From the NCBI GenBank assembly GCA_038886535.1, contig JAVZXS010000010.1, positions 1 to 19,732 of the forward strand: DNA of 19,732 nucleotides, given 5' to 3'. This DNA is from Candidatus Micrarchaeia archaeon. GTDB lineage: Archaea; Micrarchaeota; Micrarchaeia; CABMEP01. The position numbers and the translations under genes are program-made. The notes under the pieces were generated by a model. It searched no databases. It was given only the letters and a program-made list of their open reading frames with translations, and had not been told where the DNA came from. Below are positions 7,737-16,037 of this stretch, piece after piece (the stretch's first letter is position 1; every line of letters starts with the position of its first letter).

Positions 7737-8288
7737 TTAGTTAAATAATTTTTTCTTGTACTGTTCAATTTTCTGTCGTTCTTTTGCTTTTGTTTTGCTA
7801 ACACTTTGAGAGGTGATAAAGTCAAACCATTTGTTGTAGTAGCTGTGCAAAGATGTTCCTGATGTCGGGTCTTTGGAAATACTAAGGAATTTTTTTGCGG
7901 CATCGATAATAATTTTTTCGTATTTTGAGAAGTTTCTGGCCAAATAAAGTAGCTCAGAGTCTATGCGCATGTTAAATTCTTCGTTTGTCATTACTTCTTG
8001 AGGTTCGCCAATTTTTGTCAATAAATCAAAAAGATCTATTGAAATAATTTGTTTAACGTCGATGTATTTACAAACTTTTTCTAAAATAGCCAATTCATTT
8101 TGGTCAACAACACCATCGGAAGAAATTGCTAAGGCCAGGGGGGCATACATAAGAAACACAAACAGCTGCGGATTTGACATTCGAAAATCTCTCTGTTCCA
8201 TGTATGGTTGAAGAATTTGACGAATTTGGGTCATTTTTTCTTGTAAAACGCTGAGTTCTTCAGATGTAACGGTGAAAGTATTTTCCAT
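7737..8288 (-). CDS. Hypothetical protein with a TerB-like motif
   Basis: 183-aa ORF co-oriented behind the MBL hydrolase. ALAISSDGVVDQNELAIL resembles the TerB-fold A-x-x-x-DG-x5-E signature. Confidence 0.6.
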   Translation of the reverse strand: MENTFTVTSEELSVLQEKMTQIRQILQPYMEQRDFRMSNPQLFVFLMYAPLALAISSDGVVDQNELAILEKVCKYIDVKQIISIDLFDLLTKIGEPQEVMTNEEFNMRIDSELLYLARNFSKYEKIIIDAAKKFLSISKDPTSGTSLHSYYNKWFDFITSQSVSKTKAKERQKIEQYKKKLFN

Positions 8289-8312
8289 TTTTTTCTAAAA
8301 TACAAAAAAAAA

Positions 8313-9080
8313 TTAATACAAAAAAATTTTTAAACCGTCGTAAGCTAAAAAAATGTTTTTTGGTAAAAGTTTGCTGGTATGTTTATGTTTGCCTATACCA
8401 TGCCCCATGTGTGTCAAATAGGCTTTTTGTGGTTTGACTAATTGTATAAAGTCTATAGCTTCTTTTAAAGAAAAATGATAAGAATGTTCTTGAATACGGA
8501 GAGCACTCACAACTAAGACATCCAGGCCCTGAAGTTTTTCAAGCTCGGCGGTTTCTATGGCTTTCATGTCAGTAAGATATGCAAAATTTTTTATACGGTA
8601 GCCAAGAATTGGCTTGTTGTGAAATATTTTGATTGGTGTGATTCTGATATTTTCGAAAAAAAAGTCTCTGTGTGGGTCAATTATCTGGAGGTTTAGTTTT
8701 GGGGTGCCGTAGTTATCGTCGTTGCCAAAGCTATAGAAGTAAAGCTCCTGTATTGACTTAGCATCGCTTTCAGTGGTATAAACTGGTATGCTTTTTTTCG
8801 AAAGAAAATTAAAAGGTCTGACATCGTCAAGACCTGCAATATGGTCGCGGTGGTCGTGGGTTATCAAAATAGCGTCTAATTTGGCCTGGGGGTTGTACAA
8901 AAGCATTTGTTGTCTGAAATCAGGTCCTGCATCTATAAGTATATTTTTGTCATCAATTTCAATAAGTACAGATGCTCTCAAGCGTTTGTCTTTTTTATCT
9001 TTACTTTTACACACTTTACAATTACAACCAATTATTGGTAGACCCAGAGATGAACCTGTACCTAAAAATGTTATTACCAT
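8313..9080 (-). CDS. MBL-fold metallo-hydrolase, PhnP-like phosphodiesterase
   Basis: FLGTGSS, GCNCKVC structural Zn site, ILIDAGPD, HDHRDH (HxHxDH), AYLTD and LTHMGH. Confidence 0.9.
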   Translation of the reverse strand: MVITFLGTGSSLGLPIIGCNCKVCKSKDKKDKRLRASVLIEIDDKNILIDAGPDFRQQMLLYNPQAKLDAILITHDHRDHIAGLDDVRPFNFLSKKSIPVYTTESDAKSIQELYFYSFGNDDNYGTPKLNLQIIDPHRDFFFENIRITPIKIFHNKPILGYRIKNFAYLTDMKAIETAELEKLQGLDVLVVSALRIQEHSYHFSLKEAIDFIQLVKPQKAYLTHMGHGIGKHKHTSKLLPKNIFLAYDGLKIFLY

Positions 9081-9910
9081 TTTGCTAAATGTAGTTTTAT
9101 ATGAGTTTTGGGATTAGGATTTTTGCTATAAATGCAAATTCCCATAATGCCTAAATCAATAGATGCTTCAATGTGTTGGTGATTTTTGAGCCATTGCCAT
9201 GCTCTGTACATAGGCTTTGACCATCGTATATCGTCCAAAACTATTATGCTTTGGTCGCTCAGTAGTTCTGTAAGTCTTTGGAAATAGCTAATAACTGCTT
9301 CATAATCGTGGTGTCCGTCATTGAAAAAATAGTCAAAATATTTGTTTTGGTTTTTTAGGTACTCAATTGCATCAGTAAATCTTTGGTTTATTACAGATAC
9401 ATTGAATATGTTTAAAGCTTCCAAATTATTACGAGCAAGTTGTGAGAGCGTTGGATCTCCTTCAACTGTAATTAATTGGCTATTGCCCTTAAGAGCTAAT
9501 GCCTGGTATGCCGCTGAAATTCCTAAGTTAGTGCCAAATTCGAGTCCATGGCTTATATTGTTTTTTTCAATAATATTAAACAAAAGTCTGCACCAAAACT
9601 CTCTTTTACTGCTCTTGATAACATCTTTTAGTTTTTTTGTAATTATTTTACCTTCTGCCGAAAGGCTGTAGTTTGTTATTTGTATTGTTGTGGTATTGTG
9701 GTAGTAAGATTTACGAAGTTTTTCTATTTTTCTAAAAAAAATTTTTTGCTCGTCATTTAAGCTATTATAATAAGTTTCTACAATGGCGTTTATGATATTG
9801 TTTAGAATGGGATTGGCTGCAGGCTGAAGTTTTGAAACGTAATGACTAAAAAAAATACTATTTACACCTACTTCAATAAGCTGCGGCAAAACTGTAAATT
9901 TATTGAACAT
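9074..9910 (-). CDS. Class I SAM-dependent methyltransferase (Methyltransf_24-like)
   Basis: LEFGTNLGIS motif I, ITVEGD, FDYFFNDGHH and IVLDDIRWS. Its stop overlaps the start of the MBL gene by 7 nt. Confidence 0.85.
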   Translation of the reverse strand: MFNKFTVLPQLIEVGVNSIFFSHYVSKLQPAANPILNNIINAIVETYYNSLNDEQKIFFRKIEKLRKSYYHNTTTIQITNYSLSAEGKIITKKLKDVIKSSKREFWCRLLFNIIEKNNISHGLEFGTNLGISAAYQALALKGNSQLITVEGDPTLSQLARNNLEALNIFNVSVINQRFTDAIEYLKNQNKYFDYFFNDGHHDYEAVISYFQRLTELLSDQSIIVLDDIRWSKPMYRAWQWLKNHQHIEASIDLGIMGICIYSKNPNPKTHIKLHLAKW

Positions 9911-9923
9911 TTAAGATTTTGGG

Positions 9924-9941
9924 CAAAATTAAATATTTTTG
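9924..9941. promoter_or_regulatory. Back-to-back divergent -7 elements
   Basis: Minus strand TAATTTTG (9931-9924) and plus strand TATTTTTG (9934-9941) within a 45-bp gap between divergent ATGs. Confidence 0.6.
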
Positions 9942-9955
9942 TTGAAAAGTTTTTT

Positions 9956-11326
9956 ATGAAATTTGACGAGCCAATAGTAGCACAGGCAACACCTTATGGC
10001 GTAAGTGCCATTGGAATTATTCGACTTAGTGGAAACGATATTTTCCAGATAGTTGACAAATTCTTTCAGCCTAAAAATGGCATAAGCGTGCAGAACCAAA
10101 AACATAAAACTGTTAATCTCGGCTATATTATTGACGAAAATGAAATTGTTGACGAAGTACTGGTGACAAAATTCAAAGCTCCTCACTCCTACACTGGTCA
10201 GGATTTAGTAGAAATATCTTGCCATGGCTCACCTGTAATTTTAAATAGAGTAGTACACATAGCTTTAAAGAACGGTTGCAGGTCAGCTACACCTGGTGAG
10301 TTTACCTTACGTGCATTTCTTAATGGAAAAATAGATCTTTCGCAGGCCGAAGCCATTGCCGACCTTATTGCAAGCGAATCAGATGCTGCCCGACGTGTTG
10401 CTATGCAGCAGCTTCGTGGTGGTTTTTCTAATGAACTAAAACAACTACGTCAGCAACTTATTAACTTTGTCTCTCTTATTGAGCTTGAACTTGATTTTAG
10501 TGAAGAAGATGTAGAATTTGCCGACAGAAAGCAACTACTGGAGCTGATAGACATTATAATTGAGAAACTCTCAAAACTTGTTAATTCATTCCGTTACGGT
10601 AATGCAATAAAAAATGGTATAAATGTTGCTATTGTGGGGGAACCAAATGTCGGTAAATCAACTCTTTTAAACACTCTTTTAAACGAAGATAAAGCTATTG
10701 TTTCTGAGATACCAGGTACAACACGTGATTATATTGAGGATACAATAACAATAAACGGCATACTATTTAGATTTATCGATACAGCTGGCCTACGCCATAC
10801 AACAGACACAATCGAGGTGCTTGGCATCGAAAGATCTATTGAAATGATTAAGCGCTCAGAAATTGTTCTTTATGTTGTTGACGTCTTAGCTTTGTCTGAA
10901 TCTCATTATTTTGAACATATTAGTGAACATCTCAAAGGTAAAAAGGTTATCATAGTTGTGAATAAGATAGATAAAAAGTCTACTGATATTGATTTATCAA
11001 TATTCAGGGGCTACCCAATTGTTGAAATTTCTGCAAAGCAAAAAATTAACTTAGACAAACTTCATAAAGCACTTGTGGAGGCAACTGAACAGAATGTTTA
11101 TTCGCAGGAGCAAATTGTGATAACAAACATTCGGCACTACGAAGCTTTGAAAAACTGTTTGGACTCGGCTCTTAAAGTTAGAGAAGCTATTGAGTCGAAT
11201 ATTTCGCCTGAATTATTGACCTTTGATATTCGTTACATGCTCGAACAAATGGGCGAAATTACGGGCGAAATTACAAATGACGAGATTCTTGGCAATATTT
11301 TCAAGAATTTTTGCATAGGAAAATAA
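9956..11326 (+). CDS. mnmE: tRNA modification GTPase MnmE (TrmE)
   Basis: IVAQATPYG, PHSYTGQD.VEISCHG, GEFTLRAFLNGK, GEPNVGKS, PGTTRD, DTAG, NKID and C-terminal FCIGK. Start moved to ATG 9956. Confidence 0.97.
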   Translation: MKFDEPIVAQATPYGVSAIGIIRLSGNDIFQIVDKFFQPKNGISVQNQKHKTVNLGYIIDENEIVDEVLVTKFKAPHSYTGQDLVEISCHGSPVILNRVVHIALKNGCRSATPGEFTLRAFLNGKIDLSQAEAIADLIASESDAARRVAMQQLRGGFSNELKQLRQQLINFVSLIELELDFSEEDVEFADRKQLLELIDIIIEKLSKLVNSFRYGNAIKNGINVAIVGEPNVGKSTLLNTLLNEDKAIVSEIPGTTRDYIEDTITINGILFRFIDTAGLRHTTDTIEVLGIERSIEMIKRSEIVLYVVDVLALSESHYFEHISEHLKGKKVIIVVNKIDKKSTDIDLSIFRGYPIVEISAKQKINLDKLHKALVEATEQNVYSQEQIVITNIRHYEALKNCLDSALKVREAIESNISPELLTFDIRYMLEQMGEITGEITNDEILGNIFKNFCIGK

Positions 11327-11333
11327 AATTAAT

Positions 11334-12311
11334 ATGTTTGGCAAAGTAATTTTATTGATTATTATACTTTTAAACTTTTTTTCTTGCAGAAAAGAGGATT
11401 TATCATCTATCGATTTTCGCAATGAAATGAGAAATTTTGTCATTGAAATTTCTAATTATGCCAAATCGAAAAGGGACAATTTCTTAATTATTCCCCAAAA
11501 CGGACAGGAATTAATAACAAACACTGGTGATTCCCTTGGCGAAGTCTATAACAATTATTTAGCCAATATCGATGGCACTGCACGCGAAGATTTGTTCTAT
11601 GGCTACAATGGCGATGACAGTCCTACTCCTATACAAATTACTCAAGAATGGATAGGTTTGTTAAATATTTGTAAAAGAAACCTTGTTGTTCCAATGGTAA
11701 TCGATTATTGCTTTACTCAATCGAAAATAGATGATTCCTATCAAAAAAACCAAAGTTTTGGTTTCATTAGCTTTGCAGCTGATGACAGAAATTTAAGAAA
11801 AATACCAGATTATCCCACTAATCCAATAAATGAAAATACCAATAACATAAACTCTCTGGCTGAAGTAAGAAATTTTTTGTATTTAATAAATTTTGAAAAA
11901 TTCAACTCTAAACAGCAATTAATAGACTCTCTCAAAAAAACTAATTACGATTTAATTATAATAGATTTGTTTTTTAACGAGCAACAATTTTATTCAAATG
12001 AAATTCTACAACTCAAACAAAAGAAAAATGGGGCAAGACGTTTGGTTATTTGTTATATGAGTATTGGAGAAGCGGAGTCGTACAGATATTATTGGCACAA
12101 AGAATGGGAAAAAAATAAACCTCAATGGCTTGAAGACGAAAACCCAAGTTGGCCTGGCAATTTTAAAGTACGTTATTGGTATAAAGAATGGAAGCAAATA
12201 ATTTTTGGTAATTCAAATGCTTATTTAGATAAAATTTTGGCTACTGGTTTTGATGGCGTTTATCTCGACATCATCGATGCTTTTGATTATTTTGAACAAA
12301 AATATCATTGA
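11334..12311 (+). CDS. Lipoprotein, endo-alpha-1,4-polygalactosaminidase-like (GH114/GH166, TM1410/MJ1477-like), apparently circularly permuted
   Basis: Lipobox FFSC (Cys18); motifs IIPQNG, EDLFYG, CYMSIGEAESYRYYW, ENPSWPGN and GFDGVYLD. Confidence 0.8.
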   Translation: MFGKVILLIIILLNFFSCRKEDLSSIDFRNEMRNFVIEISNYAKSKRDNFLIIPQNGQELITNTGDSLGEVYNNYLANIDGTAREDLFYGYNGDDSPTPIQITQEWIGLLNICKRNLVVPMVIDYCFTQSKIDDSYQKNQSFGFISFAADDRNLRKIPDYPTNPINENTNNINSLAEVRNFLYLINFEKFNSKQQLIDSLKKTNYDLIIIDLFFNEQQFYSNEILQLKQKKNGARRLVICYMSIGEAESYRYYWHKEWEKNKPQWLEDENPSWPGNFKVRYWYKEWKQIIFGNSNAYLDKILATGFDGVYLDIIDAFDYFEQKYH

Positions 12312-12424
12312 CTTTCTAATGTAAGTCAAAATACTTTTTTGTGTCAATAAAGATTTCTACCCATAATTAAAGTACTATTTTATATTTTTTTAAATTTTTT
12401 TGGTTTTAGCACGAAACTTTTCGC

Positions 12425-12432
12425 TAAATTTG
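12425..12432 (+). promoter_or_regulatory. -7 element upstream of secA
   Basis: TAAATTTG 21 nt before ATG 12454, with TTTG at 12399-12402. Confidence 0.65.
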
Positions 12433-12453
12433 CAAAATCAAAAAATTATTCTC

Positions 12454-15400
12454 ATGTCGGTTTTAATGAATATTTTGAAAAAAATTTTTGGCACAAAGTC
12501 TGAAAAAGATATTAAAGCTCTGATGCCTATTGTCCAACAGATAAACCAAATATATGCTACTTTATCAAGCCTTACAAACGAACAGCTGCGAGAAAAAAGC
12601 TGGGGGTTAAGGGCTGACATTAAGGCTACTGTTGAAGAAGACCAAAAGCAACTTGCTGAACTAAAAGCCAAAGCCGAAGATTTTAACATAACTATTGAAG
12701 AAAAAACCAAAATTTACAAACAAATTGAACAACTTCAACAAACCATTCATTCAAAAATAGATAAAAAGCTTGATGAAATACTTCCAGAAGCTTTTGCAAT
12801 AGTTAAAGAAACTGCACGCCGTTTTAAGGAAAATACCGAAATAGTTGTTCAGGCTACAGACTATGACCGTGAGTTTGCCGTGCGCTACGATTTTGTTAGA
12901 ATTGAAGGTGATAAAGCCATTTGGAAAAATAGTTGGATGGCTGCCGGTACTATGATTACTTGGGACATGGTACATTTCGATGTCCAGCTAATGGGCGGTA
13001 TTGTTTTGCATCAGGGCAAAATTGCAGAAATGGCTACTGGAGAAGGTAAAACCCTTGTGGCTACTCTGCCTTTATTTCTTAATGGCTTGTCAGGCCGTGG
13101 TTGTCATTTGGTTACTGTCAATGATTATTTAGCAAAGCGCGACTGCGAGTGGATGGGACCTATTTACATGTTCCATGGCCTTACTGTCGACTGCATCGAT
13201 AAATATGAGCCACACTCACCACAGCGCCGTCAGGCTTATATGTGTGATATAACTTACGGAACTAACAACGAATACGGCTTCGACTATTTGCGCGACAATA
13301 TGGTGCACAGACCTGAAGAAATGGTACAGCGTGAGCATATCTACGCTATAGTCGATGAAGTGGACTCTGTTTTGATTGACGAAGCTCGTACACCTTTGAT
13401 TATTTCTGGTCCTGTTGGTAAAACCGACGACGAATTACTCTATACCGAGTTTAAGCCTAAGGTTGCTGAGCTCTATGAAGCTCAAAAGCGTCTTGTTAAT
13501 CAGCTTTTGGTTGAAGTAAAAGATTTAGTTAAAAAAGATAAACTCGACGAAGCAGGAGTAAAACTACTTAGAGCTTACAAAGGCCTACCCAAAATGGATG
13601 CTCTTGTGAGGTTTTTGAGTGAACAAGGCATGAAATCGCTTTTGCAAAAAACTGAAAATATTTACCTACAGGACAATGCCCGTCGAATGCCTGAGATAAC
13701 TGATGAACTTTACTTTGTTATAGATGAAAAACTCAATTCAGTTGATTTAACTGATAAAGGACATGAATTTTTGGCTCGCCATAGCGAAGACCCTGATTTC
13801 TTTGTTATCCCTGACGTAGGTACAAAATTGGCTGAGATTGAAAATGATATTACTCTTTCTAAGAAAGAAAAAGAGCAACGTAAAGAAGCTCTTTTGGATG
13901 AACACAAATTAAAATCCGAACGCATACACGTTGTTACCCAGCTTATTCGTGCTTATGCTATGTTTGAAAAGGATAGAGATTATGTGATAATGGACGGTAA
14001 AGTTAAGATTGTAGACGAACATACAGGCCGTATTTTGGAAGGACGCCGTTACAGCGAAGGGCTTCACCAGGCTATTGAAGCTAAAGAAAATGTAAAGGTT
14101 GAGGAGACTACTCAGACTTATGCTACAATTACACTTCAGAACTACTTCAGAATGTACCGCAAATTAGCAGGTATGACAGGTACTGCTGCCACTGAAGCTC
14201 AAGAGTTTTGGGATATTTATAAGCTTGACGTTGTCCAAATTCCTACTAACAAACCAGTTATCCGTATCGACTACGACGATAAAATTTATCGCACAAAACG
14301 TGAAAAATACAATGCAATTATAGAAGAAATTGTTAGATTGCGTAAAGAAGGAAGGGCTGTGCTTGTGGGAACTACATCGGTTGAGGTATCGGAGTTATTG
14401 AGCAAAATGTTGAAGTTGAGAAATATTAATCATAATGTTCTGAATGCAAAATATTTCCAAAAAGAAGCTGAAATAGTAGCCCAAGCAGGGCAACCAGGGG
14501 CTGTGACTATTGCTACAAACATGGCAGGTCGTGGGACAGATATAAAACTGCATCCTTCTGTAAGAGAGGCCGGTGGTCTTGCTATTATTGGTAGTGAACG
14601 CCACGAAGCTCGACGTATCGATAACCAGTTGCGTGGTCGTGCTGGCCGTCAAGGAGACCCTGGTTCGTCGCAGTTCTATGTCTCACTCGAAGACGACCTA
14701 ATGCGTATCTTTGGTTCTGAAAGCATTGCTCGTGTAATGGATATGATGAATTTCAAGGAAGGTGAGGTCATCCAGCATCCGCTTATTACTAAATCTATCG
14801 AAAGAGCACAAAAGAAAGTTGAAGAAAATAACTATGGTATTCGTAAGCGTCTTTTGGAATTTGACGACGTAATGAACGTGCAGCGTAAGGTTATTTATAC
14901 TTTAAGAAAAAATCTTGTCTTCGGACAAAAAATTGACATTGAGCTTTCGCTCATGATTTTTGATTTTATTTCTAAAATCATTAATGCTAATAACTACCAG
15001 GACGATTATCACGATTTTAGGTTGGAGATTCTCAAAAATTTGGCTTTTGAGCCTGATATTTCTGAAGATGAATTTAAGAATATCAAAAAACAAGATTTAA
15101 TCCAAAAAGTTTATGACCAAGCTATAGAAACTTTTAACTTAAGAATGGAGGCTATACGCCAACCATTGTTACCTTTTGTGCGGCAGACTTTCGAAGAGCA
15201 AGCCCATACTGTTCAGAGCGTTTCGGTACTAATATCCGATAGTTTTAGGATATTTAGAATAATGTCCGACTTAAAAGCTGCTTACGAAACTCAAGCTCAA
15301 GAAATTATTAAGGACATTAAGAAAATATTCATGCTCGTAACTATTGACGAAGCTTGGAAAGAACACCTCCGTGAGCTTGATGACCTCAAACAGGCTGTTA

Positions 15401-15759
15401 ATAGTGCTGCTTTTGAGCAAAAAGACCCTCTTGTTGTATACAAAATAGAAGCCTTTAACTTGTTTCAAAATCTTTTGGACAGAATATATGCACAGATTGT
15501 TAGTAGTTTGTTCCGTGCTCATATTTACATTCCAGAGCAAGCAAGTAAGACAGAAAGAAAAGGCAGAGTTAAGCAATCTGGTGGATTTGATTTCAAGAGG
15601 TTAAATATACAAAAGGCTCAACTACAAGCTAACACAAATACTCAGGAAAATACTACAACTCAGAGAGTAGGCGTAAAAAAAATAGGCCGTAATGACCCCT
15701 GTTGGTGTGGCTCAGGCAAAAAGTACAAGCACTGCCACGGTAGGAATGAAAATTTGTGA
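12454..15759 (+). CDS. secA: Preprotein translocase ATPase SecA (long Bacteroidota type)
   Basis: MATGEGKT, VTVNDYLA, DEVDSVLIDEARTPLIIS, ATNMAGRGTDI, RGRAGRQGDPG and C-terminal SEC-C GRNDPCWCGSGKKYKHCHG. Start likely ATG 12454 (or 12466). Confidence 0.98.
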   Translation: MSVLMNILKKIFGTKSEKDIKALMPIVQQINQIYATLSSLTNEQLREKSWGLRADIKATVEEDQKQLAELKAKAEDFNITIEEKTKIYKQIEQLQQTIHSKIDKKLDEILPEAFAIVKETARRFKENTEIVVQATDYDREFAVRYDFVRIEGDKAIWKNSWMAAGTMITWDMVHFDVQLMGGIVLHQGKIAEMATGEGKTLVATLPLFLNGLSGRGCHLVTVNDYLAKRDCEWMGPIYMFHGLTVDCIDKYEPHSPQRRQAYMCDITYGTNNEYGFDYLRDNMVHRPEEMVQREHIYAIVDEVDSVLIDEARTPLIISGPVGKTDDELLYTEFKPKVAELYEAQKRLVNQLLVEVKDLVKKDKLDEAGVKLLRAYKGLPKMDALVRFLSEQGMKSLLQKTENIYLQDNARRMPEITDELYFVIDEKLNSVDLTDKGHEFLARHSEDPDFFVIPDVGTKLAEIENDITLSKKEKEQRKEALLDEHKLKSERIHVVTQLIRAYAMFEKDRDYVIMDGKVKIVDEHTGRILEGRRYSEGLHQAIEAKENVKVEETTQTYATITLQNYFRMYRKLAGMTGTAATEAQEFWDIYKLDVVQIPTNKPVIRIDYDDKIYRTKREKYNAIIEEIVRLRKEGRAVLVGTTSVEVSELLSKMLKLRNINHNVLNAKYFQKEAEIVAQAGQPGAVTIATNMAGRGTDIKLHPSVREAGGLAIIGSERHEARRIDNQLRGRAGRQGDPGSSQFYVSLEDDLMRIFGSESIARVMDMMNFKEGEVIQHPLITKSIERAQKKVEENNYGIRKRLLEFDDVMNVQRKVIYTLRKNLVFGQKIDIELSLMIFDFISKIINANNYQDDYHDFRLEILKNLAFEPDISEDEFKNIKKQDLIQKVYDQAIETFNLRMEAIRQPLLPFVRQTFEEQAHTVQSVSVLISDSFRIFRIMSDLKAAYETQAQEIIKDIKKIFMLVTIDEAWKEHLRELDDLKQAVNSAAFEQKDPLVVYKIEAFNLFQNLLDRIYAQIVSSLFRAHIYIPEQASKTERKGRVKQSGGFDFKRLNIQKAQLQANTNTQENTTTQRVGVKKIGRNDPCWCGSGKKYKHCHGRNENL

Positions 15760-15761
15760 AA

Positions 15762-16037
15762 TTAGAGTTTGTTGATGTAATAATTTAGCATCATTTTGAA
15801 CATCTTGCCGTGATTTTTATAGCGAAGATGTAGGAGTTCGTGTATTATTATTTCTTTAATCTTTTGTTGGTCGGTATATTCAAGTAAGGATGTATCGAAG
15901 GTTATGCGGCCTTTGGTGGAGCAGCTGGCTATTTTGGTTTTCATCTTACGAAGATGAATAGAAGAGATGTGTTGGGAAACTCCTATTTCCTGGGCCACTT
16001 GATAGACATATGTTTTGAATTCCTGTGCAGTCATCAT
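15762..16037 (-). CDS. Short YgjP/DUF45-like (M48-annotated) zincin-motif protein
   Basis: MKTKIASCS...IIHELLHLRYKNHGKMF (HEXXH plus downstream H). Its start overlaps the hsdR stop (ATGA). YgjP-like genes commonly follow hsdR. Confidence 0.8.
   Translation of the reverse strand: MMTAQEFKTYVYQVAQEIGVSQHISSIHLRKMKTKIASCSTKGRITFDTSLLEYTDQQKIKEIIIHELLHLRYKNHGKMFKMMLNYYINKL

Noticed and set aside
9842..9955. N-terminal extension of mnmE
   Set aside because: Overlaps the divergent methyltransferase gene and the promoter motifs. Homology begins at Met 9956.
12400..12453. TTG-start extension of secA
   Set aside because: Spans the -7 promoter element, so ATG 12454 is more plausible.
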